Of a stretch of DNA of 64,000 bases, positions 28,938-35,981 are shown one piece after another. This DNA comes from a virus (Duplodnaviria > Caudoviricetes): the IMG/VR virus record IMGVR_UViG_3300017963_000032, positions 15,465 through 79,464 of that record. One strand, written 5' to 3'. Each line of letters starts with the position of its first letter. Position 1 is the first letter of the stretch. The notes below the pieces were generated by a model. That model did not search any database. It was not told where the DNA came from and was given only the letters and a program-made list of their open reading frames with translations. The translations under genes and the position numbers were made by a program.

Positions 28938-29361
28938 AGCTATGATGTTTGCATTCGAGAAACATAGAGGACAACTATGTGACGAAGGAAAACCATACAT
29001 ACTGCACCCATTCAAGGTTGCAGATATAGTAAGGCTAGTCACAGATGATAAAGAAATTATTGCAGCTGCATACCTGCATGATACAATAGAAGATACAGCA
29101 ACAACTTACGACGAATTAGTTGAAGAGTTCAGCAAGAGAGTTGCAGACTTAGTGATGGAAGTATCACATGAAGGACAGAAGGATGAAGTAGGATATTATT
29201 TTCCTAGATTGAAAACACAAGGAGGAATCATGCTCAAGTTCGCAGATAGATTATCCAACCTCTCAAGGATGAGCGCTTGGGATGATGGAAGAAAAGAACA
29301 TTATTTAAGAAGGTCAAGATTTTGGAAAAGGAAACCCGGGGACAGGTGGGAGAAAAAATGA
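28927..29361 (+). CDS. HD-domain hydrolase, RelA/SpoT-hydrolase (Mesh1-like) type
   Basis: H.GQ...PYILHP...AAYLHDTIEDT...KFADRLSNL. Confidence 0.88.
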   Translation: MISKAMMFAFEKHRGQLCDEGKPYILHPFKVADIVRLVTDDKEIIAAAYLHDTIEDTATTYDELVEEFSKRVADLVMEVSHEGQKDEVGYYFPRLKTQGGIMLKFADRLSNLSRMSAWDDGRKEHYLRRSRFWKRKPGDRWEKK

Positions 29362-29549
29362 AGTTTGCAGAAATGATTTATTGGAATCAGCATAGCTATG
29401 GAAAAGCGTTCAGGATAAAGAGAAGCATAATCATTACTTGTGGCATTGCGCTCTGCCTCCTTACGTTTGGTACTAACTGGCTGATTCCTTTTCTGCATAA
29501 GATAATCAAATCAGATATTGTAATAAGATACGGAGGCGAGATACTATGA
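29358..29549 (+). CDS. small membrane protein
   Basis: Hydrophobic segment IIITCGIALCLLTFG. Confidence 0.5.
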   Translation: MKFAEMIYWNQHSYGKAFRIKRSIIITCGIALCLLTFGTNWLIPFLHKIIKSDIVIRYGGEIL

Positions 29550-29764
29550 GTGAACCACAAAAACATAACAAAGAATTCATCGACGAGACAAGGAAAGCTC
29601 TTGAAGAAAACTTGAAGGGAATGTGCAACAAGAAGGCAACAGTGAGAAAACTTATTGACTTAGACAAAAGAAGCAGAGTCATAATCACTAAGGAAGTCAA
29701 GGCACTTAGAACAAAACATAAAGAGATTGAGAAGGAAGTACTAGGTTCAATATTTAAAGATTAA
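29546..29764 (+). CDS. coiled-coil hypothetical protein
   Basis: GGAGGCGA RBS. Confidence 0.55.
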   Translation: MSEPQKHNKEFIDETRKALEENLKGMCNKKATVRKLIDLDKRSRVIITKEVKALRTKHKEIEKEVLGSIFKD

Positions 29765-29765
29765 A

Positions 29766-29780
29766 CCGAAAGCTTTATAT
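29766..29780 (+). promoter_or_regulatory. BRE/TATA promoter for the Y-RNA/TROVE unit
   Basis: CCGAAAGCTTTATAT about 25 nt upstream of element 1. Confidence 0.65.
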
Positions 29781-29805
29781 TTATGTTGTCATTTTCATGT
29801 TGTTC

Positions 29806-29895
29806 GGGTGGCGTAGAATAGGGTTACTTCGCTTGAAACGAAACCAAAATAGGCTGTAAGAGCCTATTGTCTATACCCTGTTTGATTGTACCCCC
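29806..29895 (+). ncRNA. Y-RNA-like element 1
   Basis: GGTGGCGTAG-AATA-GGGTTACTTCG 5' strand pairs with ACCCTGTT...CCCCC. Internal hairpins TTCG-CTTGAAA-CGAA and AATAGGCT/AGCCTATT. Confidence 0.7.
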
Positions 29896-29910
29896 ACAAC
29901 TCATGTTCAT

Positions 29911-30035
29911 GGTGGCGTAGTCGAGAGTTACTTCGACTCGTAATCGAGAGGTCGCAGGTTCGAATCCTGTCATGTGCTTCGGCACGTGTAGCTCAGTTTG
30001 GTAGAGCGCTAACGTACTCTCGACGACTGTTCCCC
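29911..30035 (+). ncRNA. YrlA-like Y RNA, element 2 (permuted tRNA mimic)
   Basis: Closing stem GTCGAGAG/CTCTCGAC. Anticodon-like arm 29932-29948, T arm 29954-29970 (TTCGAAT), 7-bp acceptor stem closed by UUCG 29971-29988, D arm 29991-30007. Confidence 0.85.
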
Positions 30036-30072
30036 TTCATAATCATAAGCACTAAGGTACCAGATTGACAGT

Positions 30073-30138
30073 ATGCGGTGACGTAAACAAGGGATACTTC
30101 GTTCCTAAGAAAAGACCCTCGTTGCTTGTTTCCCGCAT
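30073..30138 (+). ncRNA. Y-RNA-like element 3 (minimal)
   Basis: GGTGACGTAA-ACAA-GGGATACTTCG; termini ATGCGG/CCGCAT pair. Confidence 0.6.
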
Positions 30139-30155
30139 TCATTATCATAGTCATT

Positions 30156-30270
30156 GGGTGGCGTAGTAAAGAGTTACTTCGGTAAAAAACAAACTTCAAA
30201 ATTTGTTCAACTGGTTCAAATCCAGAATCCCTTCGGGGTTTCAAAACGTACTCTTTACGTCCGTTCCCCC
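30156..30270 (+). ncRNA. Y-RNA-like element 4 (T arm plus capped acceptor, no D arm)
   Basis: GGTGGCGTAG-TAAA-GAGTTACTTCG pairs with GTACTCTTTAC. CTGG-TTCAAAT-CCAG T arm and a cUUCGg-capped stem. Confidence 0.72.
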
Positions 30271-30307
30271 GGACAATTTAATAAATAAGAACATGAGGTG
30301 TTTGAAC

Positions 30308-31855
30308 ATGAGTAAATACAACAAGCCTACTAGAGGCAAAGATAAGACTGTAAACCACGAAGGAGATGTGGCTTACAAATTGGATAGCAAAACAGAACTG
30401 TATTCTACAGTCTGCACATCAATGTTGCAGAACAAGTTCTACGAGAAAGAAGATGAAACTCTGAATAGAATCAGAACTCTCATCAAGACTACAGACCCAG
30501 AGTTTGTGGCTAAGCTAGCAGTGTATGCAAGAGAGAAGATGTACCTTAGAAGTATACCTTTAGTCCTTGCAGTTGAGCTGGCAAAGGTCCACAACGAGGA
30601 CAGCATTCTTGGAAGAACTGTTAGCAGAATAGTCCAAAGGGCTGACGAGATAACAGAGATTCTAGCTTACTACAAAGAAGCTAACAAGGATAACTGGGAG
30701 ACTGAAAAGAATTCTGGAAAGACAAAGCATCTTGGAAGATTATCAAAGCAGATAGCTAAAGGTCTGAACTTTTCTTTTAACAAGTTCGACGAGTACCAGT
30801 TTGCTAAGTACAACAGAAAGGGCCAAGTTACTTTGAAGGATGCACTATTCCTAGTTCACCCAAAGGCAAAGAATAAAGAGCAGCAAAAACTGTTTGATAA
30901 GATTGTCAATGGAGAACTAAAGACACCTGAAACTTGGGAAGTTAAGATGAGTGAAGGTGGAAAGGAAGGAGCTGACAAGAAAGAAGTCTGGGAGAAAATG
31001 ATTAGCTCAGGCAAGATGGGTTACATGGCAATGCTGAGAAACCTAAGAAACTTCTTGGAAGCTGACGTGAGCCAGAAGCACATGGCTGATGTAGCGCAGA
31101 CTCTTGCAGACCCTGAGAAAGTTAGAAAGAGCAAGCAGTTACCATTCAGATTCTTGAGCGCTTACAAAGAGCTGAAAGGAAACAAGAGCTCTAAGGCTAC
31201 AATGATTTTGAACGCTCTGGAAGAAGGAGTGATTACAAGCATTGAGAACTTGAAGGGCTATGATTATAACACAACTGTTTGCGTAGCTTGTGATGTTTCA
31301 GGAAGTATGCAGCATTCAATCAGTGACAGAAGCAAGGTCGAACTTTACGACATTGGATTGCTACTTGGTATGCTATTGCAGTCAAGATGCAAGAGTGTAA
31401 TCACTGGTATATTCGGAGACACTTGGAAGATTAAAGCACTTCCTCAAAAGAGCGTCTTGCAGAATGTGATGGACTTGCATAACATCGAAGGAGAAGTTGG
31501 TTACTCAACTAACGGGTACAAAGTAATCCAAGACTTAATCACTAGAAAGGAGAAAGTGGATAAGATTATGATATTCACTGACTGTCAGATGTGGAACAGT
31601 TACTCTGGAAGTAGAGGAAGCTTTGCTACTTGTTGGTCTGAATACAAGAAGATTCATCCAGAAGCAAAACTCTACTTGTTTGATTTGTCAGGTTACGGAA
31701 ACACTCCTGTATCTGTTAAAGGAGATGGAGTTTACTTGATTGCAGGATGGAGCGAGAAAGTCTTTGATATGCTAGCTGCAATAGATAAGGGCAGTAATGC
31801 AGTGAAGGAGATTGAAAGCATCGACTTGTTCAAGAAACCAAGCAAGAAGAAATAG
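30308..31855 (+). CDS. rsr: Ro60/TROVE-domain RNA-binding protein with vWA domain
   Basis: TVNHEGDVAY, EFVAKLAVYARE..YLR, FDEYQFAKY, ETWE, MGYMAMLRNLRN, SKQLPFRF, CDVSGSM (MIDAS), FTDCQ. GAGGTG RBS before ATG 30308. Confidence 0.95.
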   Translation: MSKYNKPTRGKDKTVNHEGDVAYKLDSKTELYSTVCTSMLQNKFYEKEDETLNRIRTLIKTTDPEFVAKLAVYAREKMYLRSIPLVLAVELAKVHNEDSILGRTVSRIVQRADEITEILAYYKEANKDNWETEKNSGKTKHLGRLSKQIAKGLNFSFNKFDEYQFAKYNRKGQVTLKDALFLVHPKAKNKEQQKLFDKIVNGELKTPETWEVKMSEGGKEGADKKEVWEKMISSGKMGYMAMLRNLRNFLEADVSQKHMADVAQTLADPEKVRKSKQLPFRFLSAYKELKGNKSSKATMILNALEEGVITSIENLKGYDYNTTVCVACDVSGSMQHSISDRSKVELYDIGLLLGMLLQSRCKSVITGIFGDTWKIKALPQKSVLQNVMDLHNIEGEVGYSTNGYKVIQDLITRKEKVDKIMIFTDCQMWNSYSGSRGSFATCWSEYKKIHPEAKLYLFDLSGYGNTPVSVKGDGVYLIAGWSEKVFDMLAAIDKGSNAVKEIESIDLFKKPSKKK

Positions 31856-31868
31856 AAAGCTTTAAATA
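31855..31868 (+). promoter_or_regulatory. BRE/TATA promoter for tRNA array 1
   Basis: GAAAGCTTTAAATA, near-identical to the 29766 promoter. Confidence 0.55.
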
Positions 31869-32056
31869 TTTCTTTATTATTCTTTTTTTGTTTTATTTGA
31901 AACTAGGTGATTAAAGCAATATGTTATACAACACGACAACCGGAATGTGTACATCAGACTTACTTAATAGTCTGGCGTCTCATTGATTCGGGCCTGTCGT
32001 TGTTAAACTTTTTCTGCGCTTTGTTGTTTGATGACGACAAGGCAAAGCTATATCAT

Positions 32057-32141
32057 ACCGAGGTCGGATAGCGGTCAATTCCAAAGGGCTCATGACCCTT
32101 CGCTCATCAGAGCTGCGCAGGTTCAATTCCTGCTCTCGGTA
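32057..32141 (+). tRNA. tRNA-iMet(CAT) with long variable arm
   Basis: A1:U72, three G-C pairs in the anticodon stem (AAGGG/CCCTT), extra GCTC-ATCA-GAGC arm. Confidence 0.85.
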
Positions 32142-32149
32142 TCTTTTAT

Positions 32150-32221
32150 GCCTTCAGAGTGCGTGAGGTAGCACACCTGACTGTTAATCAGGAAGTCCAA
32201 GTTCGACTCTTGGTGAGGGCG
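32150..32221 (+). tRNA. tRNA-Asn(GTT)
   Basis: Cloverleaf; CCTGA-CTGTTAA-TCAGG. Confidence 0.92.
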
Positions 32222-32226
32222 TTCAT

Positions 32227-32364
32227 AGGCGGGTGCCAGAGCCCGGTTGAATGGGCTGGACTTAGGAGCCAAATGGCTTGGTCAAAGGGCCACACTCAAA
32301 ACCGATAGCTTAGAAATCCAGTGCGGTAGCGCTAAACACGTGGGTTCGAATCCCACCCCGCCTA
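32227..32364 (+). tRNA. tRNA-Leu(TAG) with 37/38 intron (32267-32315)
   Basis: CTGGA/TCCAG stem, long V arm, A73; BHB with one U.U pair. Confidence 0.82.
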
Positions 32365-32370
32365 TCAAAT

Positions 32371-32500
32371 GCCGAGGTTGAGCAGCTGGTAGCTCGCTGG
32401 TCTGCTGATTAACTCAGCCCAGAGTGGAGTTCCGGGTTGTTAGCCCAGAGTTGAAAACCAGTTCCCTTGCGGTCTGCGGGTTCGAGTCCCGTCCTCGGCG
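32371..32500 (+). tRNA. tRNA-Ser(TGA) with non-canonical 32/33 intron (32403-32450)
   Basis: Strict BHB: central helix CTGG(32397-400)/CCAG(32445-448) with bulges TCT and AGT. Spliced loop CTTGAAA; G73; extended V region. Confidence 0.8.
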
Positions 32501-32504
32501 TTAC

Positions 32505-32577
32505 GGGCAGGTAGCTCTAATGGTAGAGCGGTTGGCTTGCATCCAACAGGCTTCGGGTTCGAATCCCGACTTGTCCA
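32505..32577 (+). tRNA. tRNA-Ala(TGC)
   Basis: Cloverleaf; G3.U70. Confidence 0.95.
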
Positions 32578-32580
32578 TAA

Positions 32581-32626
32581 GCTCTCCAGCAAGGATACTG
32601 TCAAGTGAGAGTTAAAAAGTCCTTGC
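32581..32626 (+). ncRNA. pseudoknotted RNA element with HDV-like topology
   Basis: P1 GCTCTC/GAGAGT, P2 GCAAGGA/TCCTTGC, P3 ACT/AGT. Confidence 0.45.
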
Positions 32627-32630
32627 GTAT

Positions 32631-32703
32631 GCTGGCGTGGCCTAATTGGTATGGCAGTTGCCTTGTAAGCAGCCGAATGGGGGTTCGAGTCCCTCCGCCA
32701 GCT
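32631..32703 (+). tRNA. tRNA-Thr(TGT)
   Basis: Cloverleaf; U73. Confidence 0.92.
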
Positions 32704-32706
32704 TTC

Positions 32707-32779
32707 GGCACTATGGACAAGCTGGTAAGTCGTCAGGTTGCAACCCTGAAGAACGAGGGTTCAAGCCCCTCTAGTGCCT
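32707..32779 (+). tRNA. tRNA-Cys(GCA)
   Basis: Cloverleaf; TCAGG-TTGCAAC-CCTGA; U73. Confidence 0.92.
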
Positions 32780-32810
32780 TAATTCTACCATTTATAAACA
32801 AATCTCTTAC

Positions 32811-32865
32811 AAAAACGAAAGATTTATATATAAGCTATGCTTACTAATATGTAAGATGGAGGCGA
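32811..32865 (+). promoter_or_regulatory. promoter with CTTAC-N6-GTAAG operator (copy 3) and RBS
   Basis: AAAAACGAAAGATTTATATA, CTTAC(32840)-TAATAT-GTAAG(32855), GGAGGCGA at 32858. Confidence 0.7.
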
Positions 32866-32870
32866 GCAAT

Positions 32871-33023
32871 ATGAATGACGAACCATGGGCAAAAGGATAT
32901 GTCAGCCCAACAGTATGCGCTGACGGAGAAGACTCTCATGAATGGGAGAATACAGTTATGGTAGAAAATGGCTGTATAGAAATACCAGTAAGGCACTGCA
33001 AGAAGTGCGGATTTTATATGTAA
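32871..33023 (+). CDS. 50-aa Cys/His microprotein
   Basis: Read manually: MNDEPW...C...HEW...HCKKCGFYM*. Confidence 0.55.
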   Translation: MNDEPWAKGYVSPTVCADGEDSHEWENTVMVENGCIEIPVRHCKKCGFYM

Positions 33024-33040
33024 AAATGGAGGCGAGAAAT

Positions 33041-33565
33041 ATGAGAAAAACATTATATAAGGAGACGAAAACAACTGGCTGCGAGATGGAAGACGGCAGC
33101 GACACAAGAAAGACTGAATCAACTTTGATTTTGGTCAATGAATCGGAAGAGGAATCCTACCAAGACCACGTGGCTGATGAAGCAGGAAGTCAAGACTACA
33201 GTTACCAGTTCAATAACAAAGCAATCATAACTCTTGAAGATGGAGATTGGGATAAGGTTGCAGACCTTCTTGAAGCTGAAGGCAAGATAGCCAAAGCAGA
33301 GAGTGAAGAGTATAATGGATGGACTAACAGAGAGACATGGGCAGTAAAGCTGCACTGGGACAACAACCAAGGAGATTACGAGTCTCTGATTGATAGAACA
33401 AGACAGATGAAAAAACAAGGTAAGTCACCTTATAACTTAGCATCAGAATTAAAAGAGTATGCTGAAGAAGCATTCAACATGATGTTTGAAGGCCAGAAAC
33501 TTCCAGAGCAAACAGCACACTTCATCAATGATGTGGGCAGCCTTTGGAGAGTTAATTGGAAATAG
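33041..33565 (+). CDS. hypothetical protein
   Basis: GGAGGCGA RBS before ATG 33041; YNGWTNRETW motif. Confidence 0.6.
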   Translation: MRKTLYKETKTTGCEMEDGSDTRKTESTLILVNESEEESYQDHVADEAGSQDYSYQFNNKAIITLEDGDWDKVADLLEAEGKIAKAESEEYNGWTNRETWAVKLHWDNNQGDYESLIDRTRQMKKQGKSPYNLASELKEYAEEAFNMMFEGQKLPEQTAHFINDVGSLWRVNWK

Positions 33566-33597
33566 ATTGCTGAAGCTTACTGGTCAGAGGTGGAACT

Positions 33598-33939
33598 ATG
33601 AAAAAGAAAGAGCGGAAGGTTTACGAGGACGAGGCAAACAACAAGATATTTTTTGACATCAGGAAGTACATGAAGAACTTAACCAACAGCGTGATAGACC
33701 AAGATGCAGAAGCTTCATACTATATCCAAAGAGAGATAAGCATCCATAGGCTTTGGGATTATCATGAAGGAGAGGTTCTAGAAATCTTGAAGAAAAATCC
33801 AGAAGTCACAGAGATATTCAAGGTTGAGAAGATAAAAGATAGGGGCCATCTCACAACTTATGTGCAGTTCAGAGGAGAAGCGGAAGTCAGCACTGGATAT
33901 GACAGGATATTCATCAAGAAGATGGAAGTGGTAAAATGA
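33598..33939 (+). CDS. hypothetical protein
   Basis: GAGGTGG RBS. Confidence 0.55.
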   Translation: MKKKERKVYEDEANNKIFFDIRKYMKNLTNSVIDQDAEASYYIQREISIHRLWDYHEGEVLEILKKNPEVTEIFKVEKIKDRGHLTTYVQFRGEAEVSTGYDRIFIKKMEVVK

Positions 33940-34832
33940 ATACTTGGAAGACCTTCAATAAGTATGTTGATTTCCACAAGAAAGGATTGGACTTGGGCTT
34001 AGAGCCTTACACTATTGGAGAGCCTGAAGAGACATTCATAGAGAAATTAGATAACACCTTCGCACACGGCAAAGTCTTTGATATAAATGAAGATGTTAAG
34101 GATTTGCTTTTGAGAACTAAAGGGACAAAGGAGATTGACAAAGTACCTTTTGAGAGTATCTTTATTGATACAGACTTTGATGTTTCAGAGTTCAAGGAGA
34201 AGCAAGACAATGATGACATAACAAGCGTTGCAGGATTGCTCGTATCTGTGGCCAACAAGGTAGAGATAATAGAGAACAAAGAATATGTGAAGAACTCAAC
34301 TCTAGACTTGAAGACATTAAGGGGTGCTGAAGGATTCAAGATATACTGGCTCGGGCTAGACAAAGGAAAGATAGGTTATTGCTTTCACACAATCAACATA
34401 GTCAACAAGAACAATCTAGACATGGAGTTTGAGATTAGCAGCAAGACACCTAAGATAAGAAAGTTCCTTATTAATTTTGTCAGCAACTTCTTGAACTTAC
34501 TTAACAATCCTCAACCAGACATAGTAATCACAGAAAGAAAAGCCAACGAAGCAAAGAACAAAAGATTGATTAGACATGGACAGATTCCAATGCCAACTAA
34601 AAGTGTTGTGCTCATGATTGGAAAATTAAAGATATACCTTGACCAGCTCCGAAGTAATGGGTACATGTCTTACTCTCATAAGTTCTGGGTCAGAGGCCAT
34701 TGGAGAACTCTTAGAGATGAGGACCGATGGGGAGAAAAGGTAGGAACAAAATTATGGATTCACCCGTTTGTGAAGGGAAGCGGAATCCTAATTGACAAGA
34801 AATACAATGTTACCAAGGAGGCGGAAGCATGA
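33936..34832 (+). CDS. hypothetical protein
   Basis: 298 aa; C-terminal HKFWVRGHWR..WIHPFVKG motif of a type seen in phage proteins. Confidence 0.65.
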   Translation: MNTWKTFNKYVDFHKKGLDLGLEPYTIGEPEETFIEKLDNTFAHGKVFDINEDVKDLLLRTKGTKEIDKVPFESIFIDTDFDVSEFKEKQDNDDITSVAGLLVSVANKVEIIENKEYVKNSTLDLKTLRGAEGFKIYWLGLDKGKIGYCFHTINIVNKNNLDMEFEISSKTPKIRKFLINFVSNFLNLLNNPQPDIVITERKANEAKNKRLIRHGQIPMPTKSVVLMIGKLKIYLDQLRSNGYMSYSHKFWVRGHWRTLRDEDRWGEKVGTKLWIHPFVKGSGILIDKKYNVTKEAEA

Positions 34833-35095
34833 ATGGAAAAGAATTATGGATGAGGATATTCAACACAGACTTTGAGGAAGCAGTCTTATCTCATCTAAAC
34901 TTAGAAAAGAACTTTGAAGATGAAGGAACTGACGAAGAGAACAAAGAGATTGTAGAGGCTCTTGAAGGAAAAACCTTGCAAGACATGATAGATTATAGGT
35001 GTCAATATTTTGGATATGGAATTGATTCAACAGATATAAGAGACATGATTGAGCAACTCCAGATAGAAGACATAAAGGAAATAAAAGGGTGGTAA
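34829..35095 (+). CDS. acidic hypothetical protein
   Basis: GGAGGCGG RBS. Confidence 0.55.
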   Translation: MNGKELWMRIFNTDFEEAVLSHLNLEKNFEDEGTDEENKEIVEALEGKTLQDMIDYRCQYFGYGIDSTDIRDMIEQLQIEDIKEIKGW

Positions 35096-35096
35096 T

Positions 35097-35981
35097 ATGG
35101 CAAAAGAAAAATTCAGAGAGAAACTACATCTCTCACCAAAGAACAAGAAACAACTTGAAGTTATCAATGAAATTATAGATGAGTACGCAGCAGAAGGTTA
35201 CAAGCTAACATTAAGGCAGCTTTATTACCAGTTAGTGTCCAGAGACATAATCCCTAACAAACAATCAGAGTATGCAAAACTTAGCAACTTACTTGTTAAA
35301 GGAAGGATGGCTGGTGTTGTTGACTGGGAAGCTATCGAAGACAGAATCAGAGTACCATTTATTCCTTACTGGGTACATGGAGTTAAGGATGCAATAGATG
35401 ACACAATCAGTCAGTACAGATTAGACAGGCAAGACGAACAAGAAGTTTACATAGAACTCTGGGTAGAGAAGGACGCATTGTCAGGAGTGCTGAAGAGAAT
35501 CACATCACACTATCATATCAATTTGATGGTTAACAGAGGGTACAGTTCTTGCACTGCAATGCATGATGCATACAAAAGATTCAGAACACAAGCTATAGCC
35601 AATGAGAAGAAGATTGTAATACTGTATCTTGGAGACCACGACCCAAGCGGTCTGGATATGATTAGAGATATAAGGGACAGGTTATTTGAGTTCGGAGTTG
35701 ATGTAACAGTCAAACCAATAGGACTTACTATGGCTCAGATTAAGCAATACAATCCACCACCAAACCCTGCAAAGATTACAGACCCAAGGGCAAAGGATTA
35801 TATCGAAGAGCACGGAAACACTTCATGGGAAGTTGACGCTCTGAATCCTAAAGTCTTGCACCAGTTAGTAAGAACAAATGTCGAAGGCATGATTGACATG
35901 GGCTTGTTCGAAGAGATGCTAGAGAAAGAGAAAGAGCACAAGAAAGAACTGGAGAGACTGCGTGAGGAAAGCAAAAAATGA
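35097..35981 (+). CDS. Topo VI-A/Spo11-like winged-helix plus TOPRIM protein
   Basis: TLRQLYYQLV, LWVEKDAL, RGYSS, YLGDHDPSG and WEVDAL. Confidence 0.78.
   Translation: MAKEKFREKLHLSPKNKKQLEVINEIIDEYAAEGYKLTLRQLYYQLVSRDIIPNKQSEYAKLSNLLVKGRMAGVVDWEAIEDRIRVPFIPYWVHGVKDAIDDTISQYRLDRQDEQEVYIELWVEKDALSGVLKRITSHYHINLMVNRGYSSCTAMHDAYKRFRTQAIANEKKIVILYLGDHDPSGLDMIRDIRDRLFEFGVDVTVKPIGLTMAQIKQYNPPPNPAKITDPRAKDYIEEHGNTSWEVDALNPKVLHQLVRTNVEGMIDMGLFEEMLEKEKEHKKELERLREESKK

Noticed and set aside
30188-30207. Opal suppressor/Sec anticodon (UCA) implying recoding
   Set aside because: It is an 8-nt loop inside a non-chargeable Y-RNA-like element. TGA is used as a stop in many ATGA gene overlaps, and long ORFs are intact under the standard code.
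29806-30270. CRISPR array (repeated motif with variable inserts)
   Set aside because: The repeats are degenerate, each pairs with its own 3' strand, unit lengths vary from about 66 to 125 nt, and the adjacent gene is TROVE rather than cas. The Cas4-like gene at 25302 is a solo viral nuclease.
30203-30307. N-terminal extension of TROVE given in the ORF track
   Set aside because: It overlaps Y-RNA element 4. The GAGGTG RBS supports ATG 30308.
32371-32500. tRNA-Ser(GCT) with canonical intron
   Set aside because: The 37/38 BHB is poor and would give G37. The 32/33 BHB is perfect and gives UGA, consistent with the U34 rule of the set.
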